Source: a virus
Virus record (IMG/VR): IMGVR_UViG_3300034102_003113
DNA length: 64,000 nt
Reading direction: 5' to 3' (one strand)
This document shows, piece after piece, positions 1 through 8,446 of this stretch. Each line of letters begins with the position of its first letter. The first letter of the stretch is position 1. The position numbers and the translations under genes are program-made. The notes beneath the pieces are model-generated. The model did not search any database, had not been told where the DNA came from, and was given only the letters and a program-made list of their open reading frames with translations.

Positions 1-550
1 TTCATATAATAACTTCTCTGCGTCAGTAATTAGAAAAATGCTTTCTGATCTCTTAGCCATTGAGGCCCAGAGCAAATTTACAAACGTAGAGATAAGACTA
101 AATAACACAAAGTTATCCACCTCTGACACGTATATCAACTATACCCAAGAAGATCTGTTCCCAACCACAATCTCCTCGGCCTCTAATCAAGTTATCTCTC
201 TTACAAGAGTTGAAAGAGTCAAGATCTACACAGAAGTGACTACAGTAGATCAGAATGGTGTAGAAACTACAAACACAGTAGTAACAGGGTCCAAGAATAT
301 TACTGTTCCTGGAGCGCTTATCGCTTCTCTTGGTGGGTATTATAAGACTCAGACAAATGGCAGACAACAAATTGTGGAAAATGAGTTAGGAGTTAAATTT
401 AAAAATAATAGATATTGGGGATTTAATCTTGGTTTTACTTACCAATCACCTAATACCTCACCGACGGTTACATCCACATCTTACTCAAGCCCTACAACCC
501 GTGCGGCGTCACTAGCCGAACTTGGTTATACCCTGGCAGACCTTGCCTGA
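1..550 (+). CDS. Virion/tail-associated protein, probably 5'-truncated by window edge
   Basis: Frame of ORF 38..550 is open back to base 2; Thr/Ser/Asn-rich composition like neighbouring structural genes. Confidence 0.5.
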   Translation, partial: SYNNFSASVIRKMLSDLLAIEAQSKFTNVEIRLNNTKLSTSDTYINYTQEDLFPTTISSASNQVISLTRVERVKIYTEVTTVDQNGVETTNTVVTGSKNITVPGALIASLGGYYKTQTNGRQQIVENELGVKFKNNRYWGFNLGFTYQSPNTSPTVTSTSYSSPTTRAASLAELGYTLADLA

Positions 551-580
551 TTAAAGTTTATTTAGAAATAAGAACATACT

Positions 581-2350
581 ATGGCCGGACTTTATAGTAA
601 AAAGAATCTTGGAGAGGTTCAGTTAAATCTCAAGGACGCTTTACAAAAGCTCTATGCCCCAGGCATCCAAGAAGACCTAAGACTATTTGCTTTTTCCAAT
701 TCTCTTTATTCTGAGATCCGGTCTGGTATTACAAAGATAGATGCCAATACTAATGAGGAGATAGAGATCCCTAATGAGATTTATGGCTTTATCAATGAGC
801 CATTTACAGATGATAATGGTAACGTCATCAACCGTACAAAATTTATAACAAATAAACTCACCTTCTCTAGCAATAACAGGGTCTTTTTTAACAAAATTTC
901 TAATGTTGCCTTTACTCTAGATCGCAGAACCAACCTTACCGAAGGTGCTCCTATTGTTGTATCCCAGAATGGCTCTATTGTTAATGTAGAGATTGTTGGT
1001 GCGGGATCACAATATCAGATTATCAACCCATCTGGGTCAGTAGTTACCCTTCCTGCATCTATCCAAGTGAATGTGAGAGGAAAGGAGTCTGGTGCCGAAA
1101 ATGCTATTGTAGAGATAACTATTCTTGCCAATGGTACAATTTCAAAAATAAATCCCCCAAATGTTATTTTTGGTGGTTCGGGATATTTTGAACAAGAGGA
1201 TCTCGAGTTAGTTACTCAATGTGGAGTTAATAGATTCGGTCAAGAAGAAACCCCAGTTCTCCATAAATGTAAAAATTATCCTACCACGGCAAATCGCCTT
1301 TATCACAAGGAATTTAAATACACTATACCTAGTGCTGGACAGGACATTGACTATGACACTGTATCCTTAGGTTATAAAGCAACCTTACGTCAAACCAAGT
1401 ACTTCTATCAGACTAGAGATGCTGCTGAGGGCGGGTTTTTTCTATTCGATGAAAAGTCAAATAAGTGGATGTATCTAGGGGAGTTTTATGATAGCCAGTA
1501 CGCTATTGAACTCCGCACAGAACCATTGCTTACAATGAGAAGATATGACACGATTGCGTCTTTAAATCTTCTTAATCTTGATTCACTTGATTCTAACTCA
1601 TTCTTTTTCTCATACGACGAAGGGTTTAGTGTAGCAGATAACCTAGGCGCGCAGATTAGATCATTGAGTCAAAACGTTGAGAACATAAAAGACTCCTTTA
1701 AGTACCTCCTTCAAAATAACAAACGCCAAAGGTTGGTAACTGATGAAAAAAATACTCTAGGAACCCAGTATAATATTTTTGAAGGTAAAAACTTTGATAG
1801 TACCTTCAGATTGATTATAAGAGACCCCGATGGAGTAGTGGATAGAAGCGATGTTGAGTTTACTGAATTAAGGACTTTGGAAGATCCAGAGCAAGTAGAA
1901 CTTACAGTTGGTGATCCTGGAGTAACTTATCATATCCCTGGCCTTTATCTCAATGTTGGTGGGGTCTATAAGAGAGCCTTTAGTACTGATGATAAACCAT
2001 TCCTCAGTTCTAGAGACAAAAGTTTTATTAGTCCCCTTCTAGATAAAATTAGTGGATCTACTAACTATGCCACAGGAAGTTTTGTTCCTAGGGCCGAAAG
2101 TGGTGAAAATAAATATTCTATTTCTACAGCATATCTTCGCCCAGGTGGAGAGGTTCTAATCGGATTTAACACATTGATCGGATCGTTGGTACAAAACCTA
2201 TCCTCCACAGCAAGTAATGGAGGATTTGTGTTCCATAGAGCGCTAACAACCCCAACTATCAATGCTGGTCAGAATGTAAAAGGTTGGCCGATATTTGACT
2301 ATGAGCATCTGGGAGTTACATACTCCCCTGTAATCTTAGCCTATACCTGA
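581..2350 (+). CDS. Putative virion structural protein
   Basis: 589 aa; 'IVGAGSQY'/'IFGGSGY' beta-repeat motifs typical of cyanophage tail/baseplate proteins; GATTAAAG late-promoter variant at 549-556. Confidence 0.55.
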   Translation: MAGLYSKKNLGEVQLNLKDALQKLYAPGIQEDLRLFAFSNSLYSEIRSGITKIDANTNEEIEIPNEIYGFINEPFTDDNGNVINRTKFITNKLTFSSNNRVFFNKISNVAFTLDRRTNLTEGAPIVVSQNGSIVNVEIVGAGSQYQIINPSGSVVTLPASIQVNVRGKESGAENAIVEITILANGTISKINPPNVIFGGSGYFEQEDLELVTQCGVNRFGQEETPVLHKCKNYPTTANRLYHKEFKYTIPSAGQDIDYDTVSLGYKATLRQTKYFYQTRDAAEGGFFLFDEKSNKWMYLGEFYDSQYAIELRTEPLLTMRRYDTIASLNLLNLDSLDSNSFFFSYDEGFSVADNLGAQIRSLSQNVENIKDSFKYLLQNNKRQRLVTDEKNTLGTQYNIFEGKNFDSTFRLIIRDPDGVVDRSDVEFTELRTLEDPEQVELTVGDPGVTYHIPGLYLNVGGVYKRAFSTDDKPFLSSRDKSFISPLLDKISGSTNYATGSFVPRAESGENKYSISTAYLRPGGEVLIGFNTLIGSLVQNLSSTASNGGFVFHRALTTPTINAGQNVKGWPIFDYEHLGVTYSPVILAYT

Positions 2351-5300
2351 TAGTAAGGGAGAATTAGAAACCAAGGGATTCTGTCTTGCGTTAACAAACA
2401 GATAATAGGTATCCTTTACCTTCTCTTGGTTTCCAATATGCTCGTACACGTCTTCATTAAATGGTGTTCCATCAGACTTAAAGATCGGCAATTCAACCTT
2501 AATCCGATGTGTGTAGTCTGAGTCATTGAGCGATTTTGACGAGGTTGTGATAATGTTTGTCGGGTTATCTGTGATTGAGTAGGAGAACTCAATCTTCTCA
2601 GAAATATTTAACTTATTTCCACCAAGGTTGGATAGAGTGTGATCTCCCCAGAATACATCGTAGTTACCTGCGGGCGTAGAAGGGTTGTATAGATTAGCAT
2701 CACTAATTGCAATATTTGCAAGTAATACGTCCGAAATTACATACGGAGGATAACAAATACCACTTGTGTAATTTGATGGTTGATCATAGCCAAATGGCGT
2801 TACTCTTTCCGAAGGCACCTTTGGAACCTCGCTTAATGAGGATACAAAATCCCCACTACCAGAACTGTAGGTAATCTTCAGGGTATCAGAGAAACTAATA
2901 GACTCTCCTGTATCAACTTTTGCGAATTGGAAGGCAATATCTTTCTCTAGGAAATATTTGACGTATTTTCCATTTAAAGATGTTCTGGCAGGCACAAAAG
3001 GTGTACCAAATGCTAATAACCAAATCTCATTTGTTCCTAGTGGGAGTTGATTATTGACAAAGGTATCTGTTAAAGTGTTATACTTTACTCTCTCAACGCT
3101 TAATACAAGAGGAGCGACAAATCCTTGGACGTTAGTGGTAAAGGCAAGGTTATCTGCGTTAGCAATAGCATTTACAATTATCGGTTTGGCCCAGTCACTC
3201 TCACTTGTAAAGGTTGGGAAACCATATGTAGTTGGATTATCAGATACAGTAATGGCCGTGAGGCTGGAGTGTAGATAGAATCGACTTGTAACTGTCCCTT
3301 CCCAATACATGAGGACAATTCGCTCTGTGATATTCCCTGCCGCAACGGTCTGGTGATTAGGAGATCCGCCTAGATCATTGGCTCCCAATGCCTCTGTGGA
3401 GTTGAAAAGAGCGTTATTTACAGGAATTCCAGTAAACTTAACTAAACCCCCTTCACCGAGAAGGTTGGGGACTAGTCTCATGCCGATATAATTAGAGGAC
3501 TGAGTATCACCGGAGTAGTTTGCCTCGCCAAGGATTAAGTTAGGACGCAAGGTATAGGTTCCTGTTCCATTACCATACTTACCTACACCAGCAGCATTTG
3601 ATTGAAGTGATGCTTTAAATAAGTTATTTACAAACCCATCTAGTGGATCATTAGTTTTAGAGATTGCCGTATCAAATAGGTATCTATTTCCTTCACTTAC
3701 TTTCCACCAAGATGGACGGGCATCAAATTCATACTTGTAGATACTGGGCTCGAAGTTTGTATCAAGTAAATCAGCATAACCATTATACCCATCTTTAGGA
3801 GAGACGATTAGTGAACTCCAAAGAGTCACCGATGAATAATCACCTTTATTAGGAACCAATCGAAGTACATAATTTCCAGACCCATTAGCAGGAAGCGCAT
3901 CTGCGTAGATAACGTTTGCTACTGTAGTTAACGTGATCTCTTCTGGAGTTGATAGGGGAATAGTAGTGGTAATTGTTTCCTCAATGGGATCACCATTTTC
4001 ATCCTCACCAATAATCCTAGTTATTGTCTCATCAAAAGCCACGAGTTGGTAGGTAACGGACGCTGTAGTATCTAATACTACGGCCTCAAGATCAATCTCA
4101 GCATCAGCATCTGGTGTAATGATGATATCTGGAGAGACCTCGGATACATTAACAATTAACTCACCTGAGTAGAACGTATCAACAGAATTAGGATCGGTTG
4201 AGGATTGAGCATATTTAATAAATATGTTAGGCTCTAGAGGCACTTCTAGTTCTTCGTTAGCAGTATCAGGCCCACCATTCCACATCCTAATTGAGATGGG
4301 TACATATCTATATCCTGTGGTTCCTAGCGCATTAGTTTTATAGATAAATCTGCTGGGAAGATTATCTAGATTAAAACTCATCTTGGAGATATACCTATCA
4401 CCCTCTTCAATAAACTTAGCATTCTTTGTTTTGTCAAAAGAACTAAATACTTCTGTCCATGTAGGGGCAAGATTTGTACCTCCATTAACAACATCAACTT
4501 TTATAGAAGTATTTGTCTCGATCTCAAAGATATATTTTCTGTCAGTTCCGTCATTATCTATTCTTAAAAACCCATCCCATCTCACTCCCCAGTTATCTTG
4601 ATTATCTCTGAGTACTCTTGGTGGACGCGAGAAACGCATATTAGAGTCTTTAGTGATATTGTTCCCGTCATAGACATAACGATTTACAACTGGAATGCGA
4701 GTCTCTACATAAGCCCCAGAGTTAAAATACTCTTTTTCTGAATAAAGTTCAAATGATCCTTGTTTAAACTCCAAAAGACTTTGGGTTGTCGCCGGATCGA
4801 TATCATCAGCACTATAAGGAATATTATTACCCGAGTCATTTGGCGATTCAAGAAACCATTGAGGCGGATTAAGAACAGAGTATTCTCTTGAAAATACGTA
4901 TTCTATGTCAAGAAAATCCGAACCAACAATACTCTTAAGTTCCTTTAGTTTTAGTCTTGAGTTTGTATCTGTTGATTGAAATTGTCTAACATAAATGGTT
5001 TGTCCGCCATCTACATAAGAACTAACTACAGTACCCTTAATACTAATCCCCGTACCAACTAACGACACTTCTTGAAGCGTAGAGGGATTAATATAAGATT
5101 TTAATGTCCAGACAAGGGTATTCGGAGTGGCAATCTGCTCCTCATATGATGATAGTTGATCTGGATTGATAGAGATATCAGCGGAGTTAATACTTATCGC
5201 GCCTGTATTCTCATTAAAGGATGTAAATGCTAATGTACCAAATTCTTGATCGATTCCTGCTCTTGCTCTATAGAATAGGGCCGTTGGACCTGCATGAAGG

Positions 5301-5731
5301 CCATTAAGTGTTCCTTTTCCTGTAAAAGAGTTAATTTGATCGATACGATCTTCAACCCTGATACGTGGTGTTGTGGATACTGTAGCCCCTGCAACTCCAC
5401 CAGCAATACTAATATCAGCCAATGGAGTTAGGAAACTCTTTGTAATCTCATTTTCAACAAACTCTCTTGTGATTTCAAAATCTTCTGGCTTGTACGTGCC
5501 ATAGATCGAAATCTCATTAGCATCATCAATGCGGGTAATATACTCCAGAACGTTAGTAAGAGCCTCTCCAGGATCCTCAAGATCGGAGAGGGCATTGTTT
5601 CTCAGTAGACCAATATAGTTAATATCATTAAGCTTCCTACCGGCCCTGCGCATCAGATAAGATTGCAGAGCCGAGTAGTTATTAGCAATATCTAAATTCT
5701 GAGAAACCTTCTTGTCTATTCTGGTTGCCAT
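2336..5731 (-). CDS. Large putative virion structural protein (PA14-like segment)
   Basis: 1131 aa; 'WGVRWDGFLR' resembles a PA14 strand; late motif at 5762-5769. Confidence 0.55.
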   Translation of the reverse strand: MATRIDKKVSQNLDIANNYSALQSYLMRRAGRKLNDINYIGLLRNNALSDLEDPGEALTNVLEYITRIDDANEISIYGTYKPEDFEITREFVENEITKSFLTPLADISIAGGVAGATVSTTPRIRVEDRIDQINSFTGKGTLNGLHAGPTALFYRARAGIDQEFGTLAFTSFNENTGAISINSADISINPDQLSSYEEQIATPNTLVWTLKSYINPSTLQEVSLVGTGISIKGTVVSSYVDGGQTIYVRQFQSTDTNSRLKLKELKSIVGSDFLDIEYVFSREYSVLNPPQWFLESPNDSGNNIPYSADDIDPATTQSLLEFKQGSFELYSEKEYFNSGAYVETRIPVVNRYVYDGNNITKDSNMRFSRPPRVLRDNQDNWGVRWDGFLRIDNDGTDRKYIFEIETNTSIKVDVVNGGTNLAPTWTEVFSSFDKTKNAKFIEEGDRYISKMSFNLDNLPSRFIYKTNALGTTGYRYVPISIRMWNGGPDTANEELEVPLEPNIFIKYAQSSTDPNSVDTFYSGELIVNVSEVSPDIIITPDADAEIDLEAVVLDTTASVTYQLVAFDETITRIIGEDENGDPIEETITTTIPLSTPEEITLTTVANVIYADALPANGSGNYVLRLVPNKGDYSSVTLWSSLIVSPKDGYNGYADLLDTNFEPSIYKYEFDARPSWWKVSEGNRYLFDTAISKTNDPLDGFVNNLFKASLQSNAAGVGKYGNGTGTYTLRPNLILGEANYSGDTQSSNYIGMRLVPNLLGEGGLVKFTGIPVNNALFNSTEALGANDLGGSPNHQTVAAGNITERIVLMYWEGTVTSRFYLHSSLTAITVSDNPTTYGFPTFTSESDWAKPIIVNAIANADNLAFTTNVQGFVAPLVLSVERVKYNTLTDTFVNNQLPLGTNEIWLLAFGTPFVPARTSLNGKYVKYFLEKDIAFQFAKVDTGESISFSDTLKITYSSGSGDFVSSLSEVPKVPSERVTPFGYDQPSNYTSGICYPPYVISDVLLANIAISDANLYNPSTPAGNYDVFWGDHTLSNLGGNKLNISEKIEFSYSITDNPTNIITTSSKSLNDSDYTHRIKVELPIFKSDGTPFNEDVYEHIGNQEKVKDTYYLFVNARQNPLVSNSPLLSGIG

Positions 5732-5761
5732 AGCAGGGCACTAGGAGTATCTATAAAGATA

Positions 5762-5769
5762 CTTTAAAC
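5762..5769 (-). promoter_or_regulatory. Putative late promoter GTTTAAAG
   Basis: Exact motif ~30 nt upstream of ATG 5731. Confidence 0.6.
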
Positions 5770-5772
5770 CTC

Positions 5773-6501
5773 TCAAGCCGGGGAATATAGATCGGAGTAA
5801 GCTCTAATGACAGACTTAACAAATCCAGAGCGGACAATCTCATCATAGCCAAAGTTAACATGGCCTACAGAATCATTAGAACTAAGTCTCCGAAGAGCAT
5901 CGGAAAGACCGTCATTGCCATAGCGATTGGCAAGATCACGCTGAACCACGTCACCTAGAAGGGCGATGGAAGAACTATCACCGAGGCGGGTGAGGATTGT
6001 CATTACGGAATGAGTAGTAGCGTTCTGCATCTCGTCGGCAATGATCATGCATCGGTGCAAAGAACGACCCCTGAGGTGTTCAATGGGCAAAAACTCAATA
6101 ACTTTTTTCTCTATGAGATAGTCTGCTTTACCTTTTTGCATAAATACTGCCAAGGAGTCACGGATTGGCATTATATGCGGAGCAATCTTCTCCTCAAGGT
6201 TACCGGGCAAAAACCCTAACCCTTGTTCCCCAGGAGTGGAGACAATAGGCTTTACGTAATAAATCTTTTCAATCTCCCTCTTATGAAGTTTTTCGCAAGC
6301 TGCGTGGATCGAAAGGAGTGTTTTTGCTGTGCCAGGAGGCCCCGTGAGTATAGTCAGGGTCTTTGTCTTCAGGTACTTCATTGCATCAACCTGGGACGGA
6401 TTCATCGGAAGCAGAGGTTTATGCTCCTCGAATTTAGGATTTGATGCTTGAACCATGTCTCCTTGTTCGATTCTTTGACGTCTAGAGGATTTTCTTGCCA
6501 T
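5773..6501 (-). CDS. phoH: PhoH-family ATPase
   Basis: GPPGTAKT Walker A, GFLPG, LRGRSL, DEMQN, LTRLG, GDVVQRD, IVRS motifs. Confidence 0.95.
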   Translation of the reverse strand: MARKSSRRQRIEQGDMVQASNPKFEEHKPLLPMNPSQVDAMKYLKTKTLTILTGPPGTAKTLLSIHAACEKLHKREIEKIYYVKPIVSTPGEQGLGFLPGNLEEKIAPHIMPIRDSLAVFMQKGKADYLIEKKVIEFLPIEHLRGRSLHRCMIIADEMQNATTHSVMTILTRLGDSSSIALLGDVVQRDLANRYGNDGLSDALRRLSSNDSVGHVNFGYDEIVRSGFVKSVIRAYSDLYSPA

Positions 6502-6520
6502 TAGAGGTTAGGGTTTCCAT

Positions 6521-6606
6521 GATACGAAAAAAGACCCAGGGAGATAAGGGTCTCCGCCGGGTCTTATGGTCTGTATGTCTTGAGAGACATTTAATATCTT
6601 CGTATC
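6521..6606 (-). promoter_or_regulatory. Structured 5' leader of phoH (multi-stem, terminator-like hairpin + U tract)
   Basis: Three nested inverted repeats: 6521-28/6599-606, 6531-44/6551-65, 6575-80/6585-90. Confidence 0.5.
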
Positions 6607-6614
6607 CTGACAAA

Positions 6615-6622
6615 CTTTAAAC
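6615..6622 (-). promoter_or_regulatory. Putative late promoter GTTTAAAG
   Basis: Exact motif just upstream of the structured phoH leader. Confidence 0.55.
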
Positions 6623-6625
6623 CAG

Positions 6626-6973
6626 TTAAGCAACTCTAACTTTTAATATGCTACCGGTCCTATACATTCCACCGACAGGGACAGGGGGCACTGCGGCAGC
6701 AGCGGCGGTATCATCGGCAAAAGCTCTCAGCCCAGTAAAATTAATTCTATTAAAACTTACAGGGACAGTTGATCTATCACCAAATCTTCTTACCACGCCA
6801 GTAGTATCAGCGTAATATACTTCGTCAAGAGGCTCGTTGATAAAGAGTTCCCCTCTATACATCGATTCCGAGTTGTTATCAAGGAGATCTTGTAAGTATT
6901 CTTTGTCGTGGGTAGAGTCGGCGGTGAATCTAACTCCCCAGCGATGGAAAGGTGGTTCTGGAGTAGCGGGCAT
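6626..6973 (-). CDS. Small putative virion protein
   Basis: 115 aa; 'GELFINE' and 'FADDTAAAAA..VGGMYRTG' modules seen in phage fibre-associated proteins; late motif upstream. Confidence 0.55.
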   Translation of the reverse strand: MPATPEPPFHRWGVRFTADSTHDKEYLQDLLDNNSESMYRGELFINEPLDEVYYADTTGVVRRFGDRSTVPVSFNRINFTGLRAFADDTAAAAAVPPVPVGGMYRTGSILKVRVA

Positions 6974-7001
6974 ATTCCTGCTCGGTGACTAATATAGTAG
7001 T

Positions 7002-7009
7002 CTTTAAAC
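7002..7009 (-). promoter_or_regulatory. Putative late promoter GTTTAAAG
   Basis: Exact motif ~29 nt upstream of ATG 6973. Confidence 0.6.
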
Positions 7010-7087
7010 TCTGGAGTTAAAGCGAGCGCCCAGCGCCAGCGCCCGAAAGTAACTATTACTTTTTACTCTTACTTTTCACCAACCAAC

Positions 7088-7098
7088 TATGATATAAT
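7088..7098 (+). promoter_or_regulatory. Extended -10 promoter (TATGATATAAT)
   Basis: Perfect TGnTATAAT upstream of kinase ATG 7124. Confidence 0.7.
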
Positions 7099-7123
7099 AT
7101 TTTTGTATAAATCTCAGAGAAGC

Positions 7124-7687
7124 ATGTTTCCTCAAACCATTGTAGTCCTTGGAGCCGATCGAGTTGGCAAATCCACCATCGTAGAAAACACCAAGAACGA
7201 TCTGATCTCTCGGGATATTTGCGTCCGCTCATTGCATTTCTCTGGTCCTCAGCCCCATCATCACACTCCTATTCAGCAATATATCGATCCGTTCCAATCT
7301 GCACTTGATCAAGAAGCCCAAGTAGTTATCTGTGATCGTGGGTTTTCAGAAGTATGTTTTTATGAGAAGTTTCGTCGTCATATCGAGATCTCCGAAGAAT
7401 GGGCCAATTCCGCTGAGTCGTTCTTCTCGGCATATAGTCAGAGCATTAAAGTCTTTCTTGTAGAGCGGACTTGGGAATGGAGTCTTCCTTTCCATATTAT
7501 CGAGATCAATACTCTCTATCCTGAGTGTTCAGATTATTATCTTGAGATGCAACTCAAAGCCCGCTATAAGGAACACGTAGAGTATTATGCCTATATGAGA
7601 GACTATCTTGCAAATCGTTCCCTGCTTTCGGATATCCAGATCATTGCTCCTACCTCAAGGCATTTCTCTCTGGCAGATGTGGTTTAA
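7124..7687 (+). CDS. Deoxynucleoside monophosphate kinase (thymidylate-kinase-like)
   Basis: P-loop GADRVGKST and ICDRGFSE motif; ATG 7124 preferred over TTG 7103. Confidence 0.75.
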   Translation: MFPQTIVVLGADRVGKSTIVENTKNDLISRDICVRSLHFSGPQPHHHTPIQQYIDPFQSALDQEAQVVICDRGFSEVCFYEKFRRHIEISEEWANSAESFFSAYSQSIKVFLVERTWEWSLPFHIIEINTLYPECSDYYLEMQLKARYKEHVEYYAYMRDYLANRSLLSDIQIIAPTSRHFSLADVV

Positions 7688-7689
7688 AG
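7682..7689 (+). promoter_or_regulatory. Putative late promoter GTTTAAAG
   Basis: Exact motif ~31 nt upstream of ATG 7721. Confidence 0.6.
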
Positions 7690-7720
7690 ATTATTGATTA
7701 GATATAGGAATATTACCCCT

Positions 7721-8440
7721 ATGGCAACCGTACTTAACACCGGTCTTCACCGCAAGATCGGTATGGAGTTTGAATACAAAATCTCCTTTCAAGAGTTCCT
7801 AACAGAAGCAATTGCTTCTCCGTTAGTATCTGCGTATAACTCAGGATCCAACACCCCGACTGCTCGTACAAACGCTAAAAACAAGTTCGTGGCCTGTGGT
7901 CCCTCGATGGGCTTTGAGGCTAAGAAATTTGCTTACGCTACCCTAGAGTTGGTTGTGGGTGCCCTGGCAGCCAATGCAAATGTCCCCGCTGCTGATAAGA
8001 CTGTTCTCAATGACCAACTTGTAAACATCACACGTTATGTGGGTATCGCGGGAGACGGAGACTTCCACTTCATGGTAGCTACCTTCAACCTTGCCGAAGC
8101 AATCTCAGGCGTAGTTGCTGAAGTCGTCCCTGCTCCTCAGGCTCCTGTTGGCGCTATTGCAACCCTAGAACTCATTGATGAGGGCAGTGGTTATACCGAT
8201 GGTACTGATGGTAATGGAACCATTAACGTTACGTTCCGTTCAACAGAGTCAACAAACCCTGCTGGATATACTAACGCAACTGGTACTGTCTCCATTGCAA
8301 CTGGTGAGGTTATCACAATCGATTCTATTGCCACTGGAGGCGTAGGATTCAAGGATGGTCAGATCGTATCTATTAACCCCGTCGCTCCTGGCACTAACGG
8401 TGGTACATTAGGCATGGCTGTCGTGCTTTCCGTCGCTTGA
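7721..8440 (+). CDS. Putative virion structural protein
   Basis: C-terminal 'IDEGSGY...GGVGFKDG' beta-repeat domain; start placed at ATG 7721 by promoter spacing. Confidence 0.55.
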   Translation: MATVLNTGLHRKIGMEFEYKISFQEFLTEAIASPLVSAYNSGSNTPTARTNAKNKFVACGPSMGFEAKKFAYATLELVVGALAANANVPAADKTVLNDQLVNITRYVGIAGDGDFHFMVATFNLAEAISGVVAEVVPAPQAPVGAIATLELIDEGSGYTDGTDGNGTINVTFRSTESTNPAGYTNATGTVSIATGEVITIDSIATGGVGFKDGQIVSINPVAPGTNGGTLGMAVVLSVA

Positions 8441-8446
8441 TAAGAT

